Positions 18,188-27,476 of a DNA stretch of 64,000 nt are shown in pieces; within the stretch, counting starts at the first letter, position 1; each line of letters begins with the position of its first letter. The notes beneath the pieces are model-generated. The model saw only the letters and a program-made list of their open reading frames with translations, made no database searches and was not told where the DNA came from. Where the stretch lies: positions 96,001-160,000 of the IMG/VR virus record IMGVR_UViG_3300028887_000075. The stretch is one strand, 5' to 3'. A program made the position numbers and the translations under genes. This DNA is from a virus (taxonomy: Duplodnaviria; Caudoviricetes).

Positions 18188-19276
18188 ATGTACAGGGGAA
18201 TATACAACCTCCGCTCCGCAGACGACAACATTATACTCACCGCCGAGCAACTAGAAGAAAGCATCAAGTGCTCCAAGGACCCGGTGTACTTTTTCAGGAA
18301 CTACTGCTATATACACAATGCGAGACAGGGACTGCACCTGTTCCAGCCACGACCCAGACAGCTGGCAGAAATCCCGGTGCTTTCATCGGAGAAGATGGTC
18401 AAGTCCGACTGGTACCGGCAATCCGGATATACCACGCTGGTACTGGCGCTCATGCTATGGAAGGCGATGTTCACCGCAAATACCGCATGCCTATACATGA
18501 TACCCAAGAAGGAACTGGCATACGAAAACTTCAACGAGAAGGTCCGCCAGATGTACCTCGCGCTCCCTGAATGGCTACAGACGGGAGTCAAGGAATGGAC
18601 GCACGAGAGGATAAGGCTAGCAAACGGTAGCATTTTCTGTGCCAAGGCGGCATCCGCCGACAATGCGGCTGGTATAGGATGGGACTACATATTCATCGAC
18701 GAGTTTGGCTGGATTAAGGACAAGGCCATGATGGAAATAGTCAACCGGCTGTTCCCGGTCGCCTGGTCCTCGAAGAAACAGCACCTGATACTGGGCCAGA
18801 GCCACCGGTTCGGACGGCAGACACCCGCCAACCTGCTGTTCTGGCAGAACAACACGCTGCCGTTCCACGTGTCCGAGTTCACATGGGACCAGGATGAGCG
18901 GCTGGACGCGAAGTGGGCAGAAGCGGAGAGGCTGCGTATCGGGGACCGGAACTTCGAGAAGCAATACTGCGGGAAGATAGAGATGAAGGACGACCCGGAC
19001 GGACTCCCTGAACAGTTCGGCAGGTGGACCGTATGGGCGGAGGGAAAGTTCCCGGATGTCAAGGAACGCTCCGGAGGAAGATACATTTGTACTGTAGCAA
19101 TGTTCAGCCGGTCCACCGGCCTGCCGGTAGGCACACCGCATATAGATGTGCTGGCCGCGGATGGCAACGGCGTGTTCCACGGGCTGTTCAGCGACGACGG
19201 GACATACGAGAAGGTAGTCGCATGGATGCCAGCACCGGAGATACCCGGGGAAGTCCGGGAGATTTACGGGGAGTGA
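18188..19276 (+). CDS. degenerate T4 gp17-type terminase ATPase domain fused to a DUF551-like tail; no nuclease domain
   Basis: IKCSKDPVYFFRNYCYI, RQSGYTT (Walker A K to Y), IRLANGS, IFIDEFGWI (Walker B), FEKQYCG; tail VVAWMPAPEIP. Confidence 0.8.
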   Translation: MYRGIYNLRSADDNIILTAEQLEESIKCSKDPVYFFRNYCYIHNARQGLHLFQPRPRQLAEIPVLSSEKMVKSDWYRQSGYTTLVLALMLWKAMFTANTACLYMIPKKELAYENFNEKVRQMYLALPEWLQTGVKEWTHERIRLANGSIFCAKAASADNAAGIGWDYIFIDEFGWIKDKAMMEIVNRLFPVAWSSKKQHLILGQSHRFGRQTPANLLFWQNNTLPFHVSEFTWDQDERLDAKWAEAERLRIGDRNFEKQYCGKIEMKDDPDGLPEQFGRWTVWAEGKFPDVKERSGGRYICTVAMFSRSTGLPVGTPHIDVLAADGNGVFHGLFSDDGTYEKVVAWMPAPEIPGEVREIYGE

Positions 19277-19310
19277 GTTGGGGGCTACCGGGAGACTACC
19301 GGGAGGCCAC

Positions 19311-19856
19311 CTATATCCGGCAGTAAGAGTTGACGAACTCCCTTATCGTATTTACCGTGGAGGAACCGTTGTCGAAATCGCAGCATATGCTTTCGTCCCC
19401 TTCTCCGGTGTACTTGACGTGCTTAACGCTCCATCCCGTAGGACCGTAAAGGTCATAACCCAAGGCGGACTCTGTGATTCTGAGCGATTCCTTAAGTACA
19501 TTCCTGTATTGCATGACGCCATAGTTCTCCTTGCAGAATATCTCTATGGTGGGCGAGCCTGCCGTGAAGGTCACCGAGAAAGAGTACGGGGTGCCGTCGG
19601 GAGTGCGCTCATCCCGGCGTATCCGGCAAATCTGCTCCATGAAGTTGTCCACCGCGATGGCTACCAGGGAATGCCTGGCATCGGCTTCGATAGCGGCGAT
19701 TGCCTCCAGCGAGTCCAGCCTCGTCCTGTACTCATGGATTGCCTTGTCCTTCACCTCGGAAAGCTGCTCCGGGCTGATAGGAGTGGGGTATACTTTCAGG
19801 TTGCCGTCGTCGAACTTGACCTCGAAACTTAGTCCTCCGTCTAGCGTTATCCTCAT
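19311..19856 (-). CDS. hypothetical protein
   Basis: AAGGAG RBS; reverse promoter at 19888-19900. Confidence 0.7.
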   Translation of the reverse strand: MRITLDGGLSFEVKFDDGNLKVYPTPISPEQLSEVKDKAIHEYRTRLDSLEAIAAIEADARHSLVAIAVDNFMEQICRIRRDERTPDGTPYSFSVTFTAGSPTIEIFCKENYGVMQYRNVLKESLRITESALGYDLYGPTGWSVKHVKYTGEGDESICCDFDNGSSTVNTIREFVNSYCRI

Positions 19857-20030
19857 GTGGCGCTCCTTTGCTTATGCGCTATATGGGCAAATATAGCAAA
19901 TTCCGGCGGGGAGCACCGGGAGGCTTGCCTGCCGGTACCGGGTCAACCGGGAGGGCCCTAGGTGGTACGCGGGGTATACCGGGGGAGAGTACTGGTTCAT
20001 AGTGTACAATATTAGTAATCAATATTTTAC

Positions 20031-20294
20031 AATTATCGGCGGGAAAGATGCCACCCTTCAGGGTGGCATATGAGAGCCGACGAAAAAATAGAAAAAGAAC
20101 TTGCATTTTTGAAACTGTTAAACTATATTAGGAACTGTCAGGCCGAAGGACACTAAATATGCGGGTACCTCCGGAACGGAGGAAACTTATGATGGTGGAC
20201 TGGTGGACCTATATATCCAAACCTATTCTGGAACGGACAAGTTCGCTGGGTTGAAACCAGAAGCTGCCGCCCTTTAGGGCGGTCTGTAGTTCAC
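20031..20294 (+). mobile_element. non-autonomous IS200/IS605-family element (264 bp, no TnpA/TnpB)
   Basis: TTAC target at 20027-20030; AAAG plus hairpin ATGCCACCC-TTCA-GGGTGGCAT at 20044-20069; GAAG plus hairpin and terminal TCAC at 20260-20294. Confidence 0.78.
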
Positions 20295-20302
20295 ATTGTT
20301 GA

Positions 20303-20602
20303 ATGGCTACTATGGAAACGCATCTTATCATGTTGCGGGATGCCTTCGATGCATCCCGGATTGCCGGAGTAAATGTCCGGGAATTAATTGACGCCGGTAT
20401 ACCTGTCGGTGACATGGATATCGGTTTCGCTACTTACTTCGACATATGTCCGGGCTGGGAGCCAGGTACCGCCTGGCCAGGAACCTCCATGGACGATGGT
20501 TATCCGCTTATTGGGATGATGGTGCATAGCTGTCCTGCCGGCTATAGCGTTTCACATTCGGTTTTCGACAAGTGGCATTTCTACCTCAGGACAAAGGTTT
20601 AA
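20303..20602 (+). CDS. hypothetical protein
   Basis: 99 aa ORF directly upstream of uvsX. Confidence 0.55.
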   Translation: MATMETHLIMLRDAFDASRIAGVNVRELIDAGIPVGDMDIGFATYFDICPGWEPGTAWPGTSMDDGYPLIGMMVHSCPAGYSVSHSVFDKWHFYLRTKV

Positions 20603-20617
20603 ACAAAGGATAATGTT

Positions 20618-21964
20618 ATGGCTGCAGCAAAGAAAAAGGGAGCAAACGCGCTTGCGGAGAATCCGTGGGCATTTTTCGATACGGTCGTTACGACCGACAA
20701 GTTCGTCGACGCGGGTGTTGACCGCCCGACGTACGGTTTCGCAGATTCCGGGAGCTACGCGCTGAACGTGCTTCTTTCCGGCGACGTCTATGGGGGATTC
20801 CCCAAGAACAAGGTCGTGCAGACGGCAGGCCTGCAGGGTTCCGGTAAGTCCCTGCTCGGCAAGTACAACTTCTGCCCACCGCTGTTCAAGGACAACTACT
20901 TCATCTACTATATCGATACCGAGAACGAGACCACCCGGAAGGACCTCGAGTTTTTCGCATCCTTCCCGTGTCAGCAATTCAAGGTGCTTCACTTCCATAC
21001 GGTAGAGGATTGCCACCACGGTATCTCCACCATCCTCAAGCAGCTCGAAGATTATATGGAGAAGAACAAGACGCTCATCAACCCGCACAAGGTTGCTTTC
21101 GTCCTTGACTCCCAGGGCATGCTGTCCACCGCCAAGAACATCACCGACGTGCTCAAGGGTGACGACAAGACCGACCTTACCAAGGCAAAGAAGCTCTCTG
21201 CGATGTACCGTGACCTTACCTTCCGTCTTGGTGAACTCGGTGCCCCGATGTATGTCACCAACCACATGTACCTTGACCCGAACGCGGCCACCACCCATAC
21301 CGAGACCAAGAAGGTCGCCGGTGGCGAAGGCGCCAAGTATTCTGCTTCCATCATCCTGTCCGTCTACAAGATTACCGAGCGTGTCGACAGCGGAAAGAAG
21401 GATGACTACGGCAACAAGGTCAAGGAGGTCCAGGGTATCTTCATCCAGGTCGGTAACATCAAGAACCGCCTTGTCCATGAAGGACTTAGCACCCGTCTCT
21501 ACCTGAGCTACAAGAATGGTCTCAGCCGCTACTACGGTCTCCATGTCTGGGCGCAGGAAGCCGGTCTCATCGTTCCCTACACCAAGCAGGCCGACTGGCC
21601 TGGCCTGGAACTTCCGAGGAACCCCGACGGTTCCACCTTCCTCGGCAAGAAGTGGGTTATCTGTGACCCGCGCAAGCCCCGTACGGAATGGCTGGTCGCT
21701 CCGGAGAACAAGATTCATTCCGCCAAGTATATCGGTACGATTCTTGACCCGATTAACGACTATGTAAAGGCCAAGTACAAGAACCAGAAGATTGGCGTGT
21801 TCGGCGACGAGGATACCGAGCAGGCTACCGAGGATGAGCTTGCCAACGTAGACGAGGCCGCGCTCGACCAGGCAGACGCCGAACAGAACAGCCGGTTCAT
21901 CCGGGAGGCTGCCCAGAAGGCGGAGGCCCTCGGGCTGGTCGCAGAAGGCTCCGCCGAAGACTAA
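20618..21964 (+). CDS. uvsX: UvsX/RecA-like recombinase
   Basis: DSGSYALNVLLSG, GLQGSGKS, YIDTE, VLDSQGML, VTNHMY and GGEGAKYSAS motifs. Confidence 0.92.
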   Translation: MAAAKKKGANALAENPWAFFDTVVTTDKFVDAGVDRPTYGFADSGSYALNVLLSGDVYGGFPKNKVVQTAGLQGSGKSLLGKYNFCPPLFKDNYFIYYIDTENETTRKDLEFFASFPCQQFKVLHFHTVEDCHHGISTILKQLEDYMEKNKTLINPHKVAFVLDSQGMLSTAKNITDVLKGDDKTDLTKAKKLSAMYRDLTFRLGELGAPMYVTNHMYLDPNAATTHTETKKVAGGEGAKYSASIILSVYKITERVDSGKKDDYGNKVKEVQGIFIQVGNIKNRLVHEGLSTRLYLSYKNGLSRYYGLHVWAQEAGLIVPYTKQADWPGLELPRNPDGSTFLGKKWVICDPRKPRTEWLVAPENKIHSAKYIGTILDPINDYVKAKYKNQKIGVFGDEDTEQATEDELANVDEAALDQADAEQNSRFIREAAQKAEALGLVAEGSAED

Positions 21965-21976
21965 TTAAAAAAGTTG

Positions 21977-22016
21977 AAGACCGGCCCCTCTCCGGGTCGG
22001 TCTTTTGCTATATTTG
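21977..22016 (+). terminator. terminator fused to a TTTGCTATATTTG promoter
   Basis: AAGACCGGCCC/GGGTCGGTCTT stem; T-run shared with the promoter. Confidence 0.75.
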
Positions 22017-22045
22017 GGAACGAACGAACTCGGATTTTGACTGCT

Positions 22046-23683
22046 ATGGAAAATTTGCAAAATCCTACGTTCGCGCAGCCTGTTCCGGCGATGCAACCGG
22101 GGTATCCCCCGGTAATGCAACCGCCACCTCCGCAGCAGCTACCGGTAGCTCCCGGTGGCTACATGCAGCCCCAGCAGCAGGTATATGCGTTAACGCGGGA
22201 AGACTTGGTAATTAGGGTATTCTTCCAGGATTCGGTAGTGGGACCAAAGCTACGCGATTCCCTGCGTGCGGAACTGTTCCAGGACGTGAACAACCGCAAC
22301 ATCGTGGAAATTATCCGGAAGTACATGCATAAGCATGGTCGTGTACCAACGGCACAGGAACTTATCACCGGCATGGGGGCGAACGACTACGCCATACAGG
22401 CCCGTGACAAGCTGATATTCATCTACAACACACCCATCCAGACGATGCATCAGGACTACGTGGTTCTGATGGTTGAGTCCTTCTTCAAGGAACGTCTGGC
22501 CGAGGAGGTGTTGGTGTCTGCCGCGGAGCAGATTCACGACAAGAAGGTTGATGGGATACGTGACCTCATCCCGCGTTTGCAGGCTGCAGTCACGTACAGC
22601 CTGCATACCGACCTGGGTCTCAACCTCTATTCGGATGCGGATACGGCACTGGCGAAATTGCGCGAGCAGAAACAGTGCATCCCCTCCGGTATCAATGAGA
22701 TACGATACTACACTGGTCGCCCGGGACTTGACGGAGTCATGGTCGGGGGCGGATACTACCGCAAGACGCTTTCCCTGTTCGTCGGGCAGCCCAACATAGG
22801 TAAGTCCCTTGTCCTCTGCTCGGAGGCGGCATACGCATACAAGAGCGGGTTCAATGTCCTCTACATAACCCTGGAACTTGCCGAGGACTATGTGTGGCAG
22901 CGTCTCGCGGCCAACATATGCGAGGTGGACTTCTATTCGGTGATGAGCCTTACCGGTGACGAGGTCAGGAAGAAGATTGACGAGAATGTCGCCAGGTTCT
23001 CCGCTACCGGCGCCCGTCCGGGACAGCTCCAGGTTCGCTACATGAAGACCACGACCACCCCGGTGGAAATCGAGGCGGTCATCGACTCGTTCGAGATTGC
23101 TCACGGTAAGTTGGATTTGCTGGTCGTTGACTATATCGGTATCATGAAGCCGGCGAGCCGTGGCAGGGTCTCGGAGTCAAGCATGTACCAGGACGGTGTC
23201 GCCAAGGCCGAACAGCTTCGCGATATCGCCATCGAGAGGAACTTCGCCTGCCTTTCCGCAGTGCAGTTCAACCGTTCCGGCTACCACAATACCGAGGCGG
23301 GCATCGAGTCGGTCGAGGGTTCTTCCGGTTACGCCGAGACTTCCGACCTGATGATTTCGCTGACGGCGAACGACGTGCTCCGAAGCATGGCGATGTTCAG
23401 CCACTATATCCTCAAGTCCCGCCTCGGACCGGCGCTCGTTACCTTCCTTACACGGTGCGACTTCAAGCAGATGCGCTGGTTCAGCCCGAGTAAGGAGGAG
23501 GTCAATGCATACAACACGGCTGCCGCCGAGGCGGAACCGCAGATGAACGCTCCCCAGAGGAACGGACAGAAGGGACAGCCGAAGCGTGCGGTAAGCAAGC
23601 CGGCAGAACCCCAGGCCCTCCCGGAGGCTACCGGGGAGACCCAGGAGGCCGTCAAGGTAGAGACCGTGGCGGACTACGTATGA
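22046..23683 (+). CDS. replicative DnaB/gp41-like helicase
   Basis: GQPNIGKS, YITLEL, VVDYIG, SAVQFNRSG and KSRLG motifs; Pro/Gln-rich N-terminus. Confidence 0.92.
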   Translation: MENLQNPTFAQPVPAMQPGYPPVMQPPPPQQLPVAPGGYMQPQQQVYALTREDLVIRVFFQDSVVGPKLRDSLRAELFQDVNNRNIVEIIRKYMHKHGRVPTAQELITGMGANDYAIQARDKLIFIYNTPIQTMHQDYVVLMVESFFKERLAEEVLVSAAEQIHDKKVDGIRDLIPRLQAAVTYSLHTDLGLNLYSDADTALAKLREQKQCIPSGINEIRYYTGRPGLDGVMVGGGYYRKTLSLFVGQPNIGKSLVLCSEAAYAYKSGFNVLYITLELAEDYVWQRLAANICEVDFYSVMSLTGDEVRKKIDENVARFSATGARPGQLQVRYMKTTTTPVEIEAVIDSFEIAHGKLDLLVVDYIGIMKPASRGRVSESSMYQDGVAKAEQLRDIAIERNFACLSAVQFNRSGYHNTEAGIESVEGSSGYAETSDLMISLTANDVLRSMAMFSHYILKSRLGPALVTFLTRCDFKQMRWFSPSKEEVNAYNTAAAEAEPQMNAPQRNGQKGQPKRAVSKPAEPQALPEATGETQEAVKVETVADYV

Positions 23684-24435
23684 AGATTGCCGGAATAGAC
23701 CCGTCGATGAACTCGTCAGGAAAGGTCATAATGGACCTGGACGACGAGACGTTCGACGTGAATGACATCCAGTTCTACGGGTACCAGCCGAAGCTGAACG
23801 CGGTTCTGGAGACCGAGCATGTCCATATCATGTGCAGCGGGACAGACTACGACAAGGTCCCGATGCTCGTAAGGCAGGAGCGGGCTATCAAGATTCTCGA
23901 GCGGGACATGGAGGATGTCAAGTACATCTCCTTCGAGGATTACGCCTACGAGAAGGCCAACGAGGGCAACAGCAACTCCATTTTCCAGATTGGGGAGTTC
24001 TGCGGGGCGTACCGGCGGCACTTCTACCTGCAGGGGAAGGGCATCATAACCTACGGTATATGCCAGATTAAGCACTTTGCCACCGGGAACGGGGACGCCA
24101 ACAAGATTGCCATGTGTGAGGCCATGAAGGCGGTCTACCCCCAGTTCTACTATCCGGAGTTTGAGCAGTTCCCCAAGCAGTACGAGAGTCCGCATTCCGA
24201 CCTTTGCGATGCCTTCTGGATGTGCGAGATACTCCGTAACCACATCAAGTATGATATTTTGGGACCGGAGAGCCTCCCGGAGGACACCCTGGCGCTGATG
24301 CGGTTCCATACTGCCAAGAAACAGTACGATACCAGGGCGTTGGTGGACTATTCCATGGTGAGAATGGCCGACTGGCCGGTGGATTTGGAACTTCTTACCC
24401 ATCGGAAGAAGCCGAAAAGGAAGAAAAAGGCGTAG
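23680..24435 (+). CDS. RuvC-like Holliday junction resolvase
   Basis: IAGIDPS, FEDYAY, IKHFATGNGDANK and DLCDAF motifs. Confidence 0.85.
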   Translation: MKIAGIDPSMNSSGKVIMDLDDETFDVNDIQFYGYQPKLNAVLETEHVHIMCSGTDYDKVPMLVRQERAIKILERDMEDVKYISFEDYAYEKANEGNSNSIFQIGEFCGAYRRHFYLQGKGIITYGICQIKHFATGNGDANKIAMCEAMKAVYPQFYYPEFEQFPKQYESPHSDLCDAFWMCEILRNHIKYDILGPESLPEDTLALMRFHTAKKQYDTRALVDYSMVRMADWPVDLELLTHRKKPKRKKKA

Positions 24436-24469
24436 TTTTCCGTATGGATATGAACCATACGGTACTACG

Positions 24470-25153
24470 ATGGCCTACACTGTCGAAGAAGACGAAAAAA
24501 TAGACGGCGACCCGCAGGAAACTGACGGTGTGAACCGTGAAGACGAGATTGACACCTCGGGCAAGAGGAGCAAGCTGGGCGACAAGGACATCGCCCACGA
24601 GATTGACGAGTTCCTGAAGAAGCCCAGGTTCCCCGGTGACATCTGTATCACCTTGAAGATGCCCGACAACTACCTGAAGAAGGCACGGGACAAGCTCAAC
24701 CTAGCACTCTGGAACGCATACCGCAAGTACGCAAGGACGGTAACCCGTACTGACCGCTACGGTAACGAGTACGAGGTACCGGGCTTCGGCATGTTCGACA
24801 TACTTATTACGCTCGATTCCTACGTAGACCCGGTAAAGCTCAGTGCAGTGCTTGACAACGACATCAAGCAGAAGGTTGCCGAGGAGCGCGGCATCAGGAT
24901 TTCCGATGACGAACTCGAATATGTGGCGAAGCACCCGGGAACTGCCAGGGCGGACAAGGACTCCCCGGATATAGTGGAATGTCCCGAGTGCCACGGTACC
25001 GGAGAGGTGGACGGTGAGGAATGTTCCCTCTGTCTTGGACAGGGCAAGGTCGCCCGTGTTGTGGACGATGTTCCGGCAGTCGAAGCCGACGATGACGAAC
25101 TCGACCTCGCACAACTGGACAGCATGATGCTGAGGACACTGAAGAATGGCTAG
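24470..25153 (+). CDS. hypothetical protein with DnaJ-type Zn finger
   Basis: CPECHGTG...CSLCLGQG. Confidence 0.75.
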   Translation: MAYTVEEDEKIDGDPQETDGVNREDEIDTSGKRSKLGDKDIAHEIDEFLKKPRFPGDICITLKMPDNYLKKARDKLNLALWNAYRKYARTVTRTDRYGNEYEVPGFGMFDILITLDSYVDPVKLSAVLDNDIKQKVAEERGIRISDDELEYVAKHPGTARADKDSPDIVECPECHGTGEVDGEECSLCLGQGKVARVVDDVPAVEADDDELDLAQLDSMMLRTLKNG

Positions 25154-25808
25154 GTTCAAGTTCCCTAAATACGCCGATACCCTCCGGGAGGAGAACGAGG
25201 AGTTCGAGAAGATGTTCGCCGGCAGGGAAGAGGAAATCAAGTCCCAGACGGCGCTCATAGTCAATGGCGACCTGGAGGCTGCCGGCCATAACCAGCTCGT
25301 AGTCACGGAGAAGGCCAAGAACTGGCTCGCGAAGCTCCGGGAGGAACACCACAACCCGATGATTGGCAAGGACTACATGATGCGTGCCCCGGAATTTGAG
25401 AGAGATTCCGAGGAAGTATCCAAGTCGGAATGCATGAGCGACGCCGAGGCCGACAAGATTCTCACCGTGCAGGACGATAAGAACGAGAACGTGCGCCATA
25501 TCGACGACGACTTTAACCCGAACATCACCGAGGTCGAGCTGTCCCATGACGAGGTTTCCCGTCGGTTCGTGGAGGCCTGCATCATCGACAACACGACCCA
25601 GAAGTGCATCGACTGGAAGTTCGAGGACATCCTGTCGGAATGCGCGGCTGAACTTGAGAAGGAATTCGGCAAGGAAGACTACAAGATTCCGGATGATTTC
25701 GACCAGCTGGTCGAGGCTTCCCTGGAAAAAGCGGAGAAAATGCAGCTTATCGGCATGGAAACCGCCCCGAAAATCGCCATTCCGCACCTCAATGACGAAA
25801 AAAAGTAG
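25146..25808 (+). CDS. acidic hypothetical protein
   Basis: 220 aa ORF overlapping the previous stop. Confidence 0.75.
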   Translation: MARFKFPKYADTLREENEEFEKMFAGREEEIKSQTALIVNGDLEAAGHNQLVVTEKAKNWLAKLREEHHNPMIGKDYMMRAPEFERDSEEVSKSECMSDAEADKILTVQDDKNENVRHIDDDFNPNITEVELSHDEVSRRFVEACIIDNTTQKCIDWKFEDILSECAAELEKEFGKEDYKIPDDFDQLVEASLEKAEKMQLIGMETAPKIAIPHLNDEKK

Positions 25809-25939
25809 CCGAGTGGCACTTTTTGACAACGCATTTTGCTATATTTACTCGTGAACCGTTAGCCGGGCATGCTAGACGGCTATCGGTTTAATGTAAAACC
25901 GGTTAGAAACAAGGCCTTGAAGGGGCCTAGGAAACTGCT

Positions 25940-27364
25940 ATGACAAACACACCAAACACAATGCAAGCAAATGGCGGTATGCTTTCTGTTACCGCCCCCG
26001 CAGCACCCACGGCAGCACCGGGTGCAAACCGCTCAGCCAACAAGGACGAACGCATGTGGCGCCCGGTTGTCACCAAGGACAACCCGGAATACGTTGCGGT
26101 AATCCGTACGCTTCCCAAGGGCCGCGACCTTAACGCCTATCCGGCAGTGTGCGTCCTCGTCCACCGCATACGCGACATGGTCACGGGCAAGGTGCTCTAC
26201 GACAAGTGCTGCAAGAACAACCCGAACGTCCGCACCTGCCCCTACTGCGAGGATGCGTGGGGACGCTACAACGAGGCCAAGAAGCGCCCGGGCATCACCA
26301 AGGAACAGCTCGGCAAGTTCCTCCAGCAGACTGCCGACGAGGAATGGTGGCAGAATATCTATGTCCGCCAGGACCAGAACCATCCGGAACTCAACGGTAC
26401 AGTGAAGGTCTGGGCGATGAGCCGCGGACAGCACAACCGCTTCCAGAAGCCGGTCGACAACTGGAACGCCAAGCACGACCCATCCAAGCAGGTACCTGGC
26501 GCAATCAATGTCGATACAGGTGACGACTTTATCCCGTACGACCCGATGCAGGGCCGTGACTACTACATCGCCGGCAAGTGGGATGCCGAGAAGTCTTACG
26601 GTGGTCGCCGCAAGGGCGCCCCGACCTATGACGGAAGCACTTTCGTCAAGGACTCCACCCCGCTCGCCTACCAGATGGTCCAGGACCCGAACACGGGCAT
26701 GGTCGTCTACCAACCCGACCAGAACCAGATGCTCGCCATCCTCGACCAGTGCCATGACCTGAGCTTCGCATACGACAATATCCCGACCCCGGAACAGGCT
26801 ACGGCTAACCTCGCCCAGTTCTGGGACGAGTGTGCCAAGGCCGCCGCAGAACGCCAGCAGTACGGTGGCGCCCGCGGTGCCGGCAACCAGGGCTACCAGC
26901 AGCCCCAGCAGCCGCTCTACGGCCAGGCTCCGGCCAACTACGGTGCACAGCCGTTCGCTACCGGTATGCCCGGTGTTCCGCAGAACAACATCCCGCAGGT
27001 CCCGAGCAACGCCAACATCAGCATGTCGTCCGACCCGGCTGCATTCATGGGCCAGGCCGCCCAGATGCCTCCCCCGATTCCCGAGGCTGCCGCTCCGGCT
27101 ACCCCGGCTTTCGCCCAGGCACCTATCCCGGCAACCATGCCCGGCCCGATGGCTACACCTACCGCTCCGGCAGCTCCCGCAGCACCCTCGTTCGTGCCCC
27201 CGGCAGCCCCGGCAGCACCCGCTGCTCCTACAGCCCCGTCCTTTGTGCCACCGGCAGCACCTCCCGTGCAGCAGCCGATGACGCAGTTCGCACAGCCGGC
27301 TGCACCGCAGGCTAACCCGGCTCCTATCGTGGAGACGGATAGCGACGAAGACCTCCCGTTTTAA
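25940..27364 (+). CDS. T4 gp32-like single-stranded DNA-binding protein with long Pro/Ala/Gln tail
   Basis: DERMWRP, AVIRTLP, H...CC...CPYCE Zn site, NIYVRQDQNHPELNGTV, YDPMQG, TYDGSTF; ends DSDEDLPF. Confidence 0.85.
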   Translation: MTNTPNTMQANGGMLSVTAPAAPTAAPGANRSANKDERMWRPVVTKDNPEYVAVIRTLPKGRDLNAYPAVCVLVHRIRDMVTGKVLYDKCCKNNPNVRTCPYCEDAWGRYNEAKKRPGITKEQLGKFLQQTADEEWWQNIYVRQDQNHPELNGTVKVWAMSRGQHNRFQKPVDNWNAKHDPSKQVPGAINVDTGDDFIPYDPMQGRDYYIAGKWDAEKSYGGRRKGAPTYDGSTFVKDSTPLAYQMVQDPNTGMVVYQPDQNQMLAILDQCHDLSFAYDNIPTPEQATANLAQFWDECAKAAAERQQYGGARGAGNQGYQQPQQPLYGQAPANYGAQPFATGMPGVPQNNIPQVPSNANISMSSDPAAFMGQAAQMPPPIPEAAAPATPAFAQAPIPATMPGPMATPTAPAAPAAPSFVPPAAPAAPAAPTAPSFVPPAAPPVQQPMTQFAQPAAPQANPAPIVETDSDEDLPF

Positions 27365-27423
27365 TTTGTATGTAATGACTCGTAAGTCAATACGACGGAT
27401 TATAGCGAAAATCTGACCATTTA

Positions 27424-27468
27424 GGGACCGGCATCAACTTGCCGGCCCCTTCTTTTTTGCTATATTTG
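27424..27468 (+). terminator. terminator fused to a promoter
   Basis: GGGACCGGCA/TGCCGGCCCC stem plus T-run into TTTGCTATATTTG. Confidence 0.7.
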
Positions 27469-27476
27469 GTTCAAGA

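Noticed and set aside
18188-19276. The functional large terminase
   Set aside because: Walker A lysine is missing, there is no nuclease domain, and it is too short
20031-20294. Autonomous IS with tnpA/tnpB
   Set aside because: Only 264 bp and no transposase or nuclease ORF anywhere in the window
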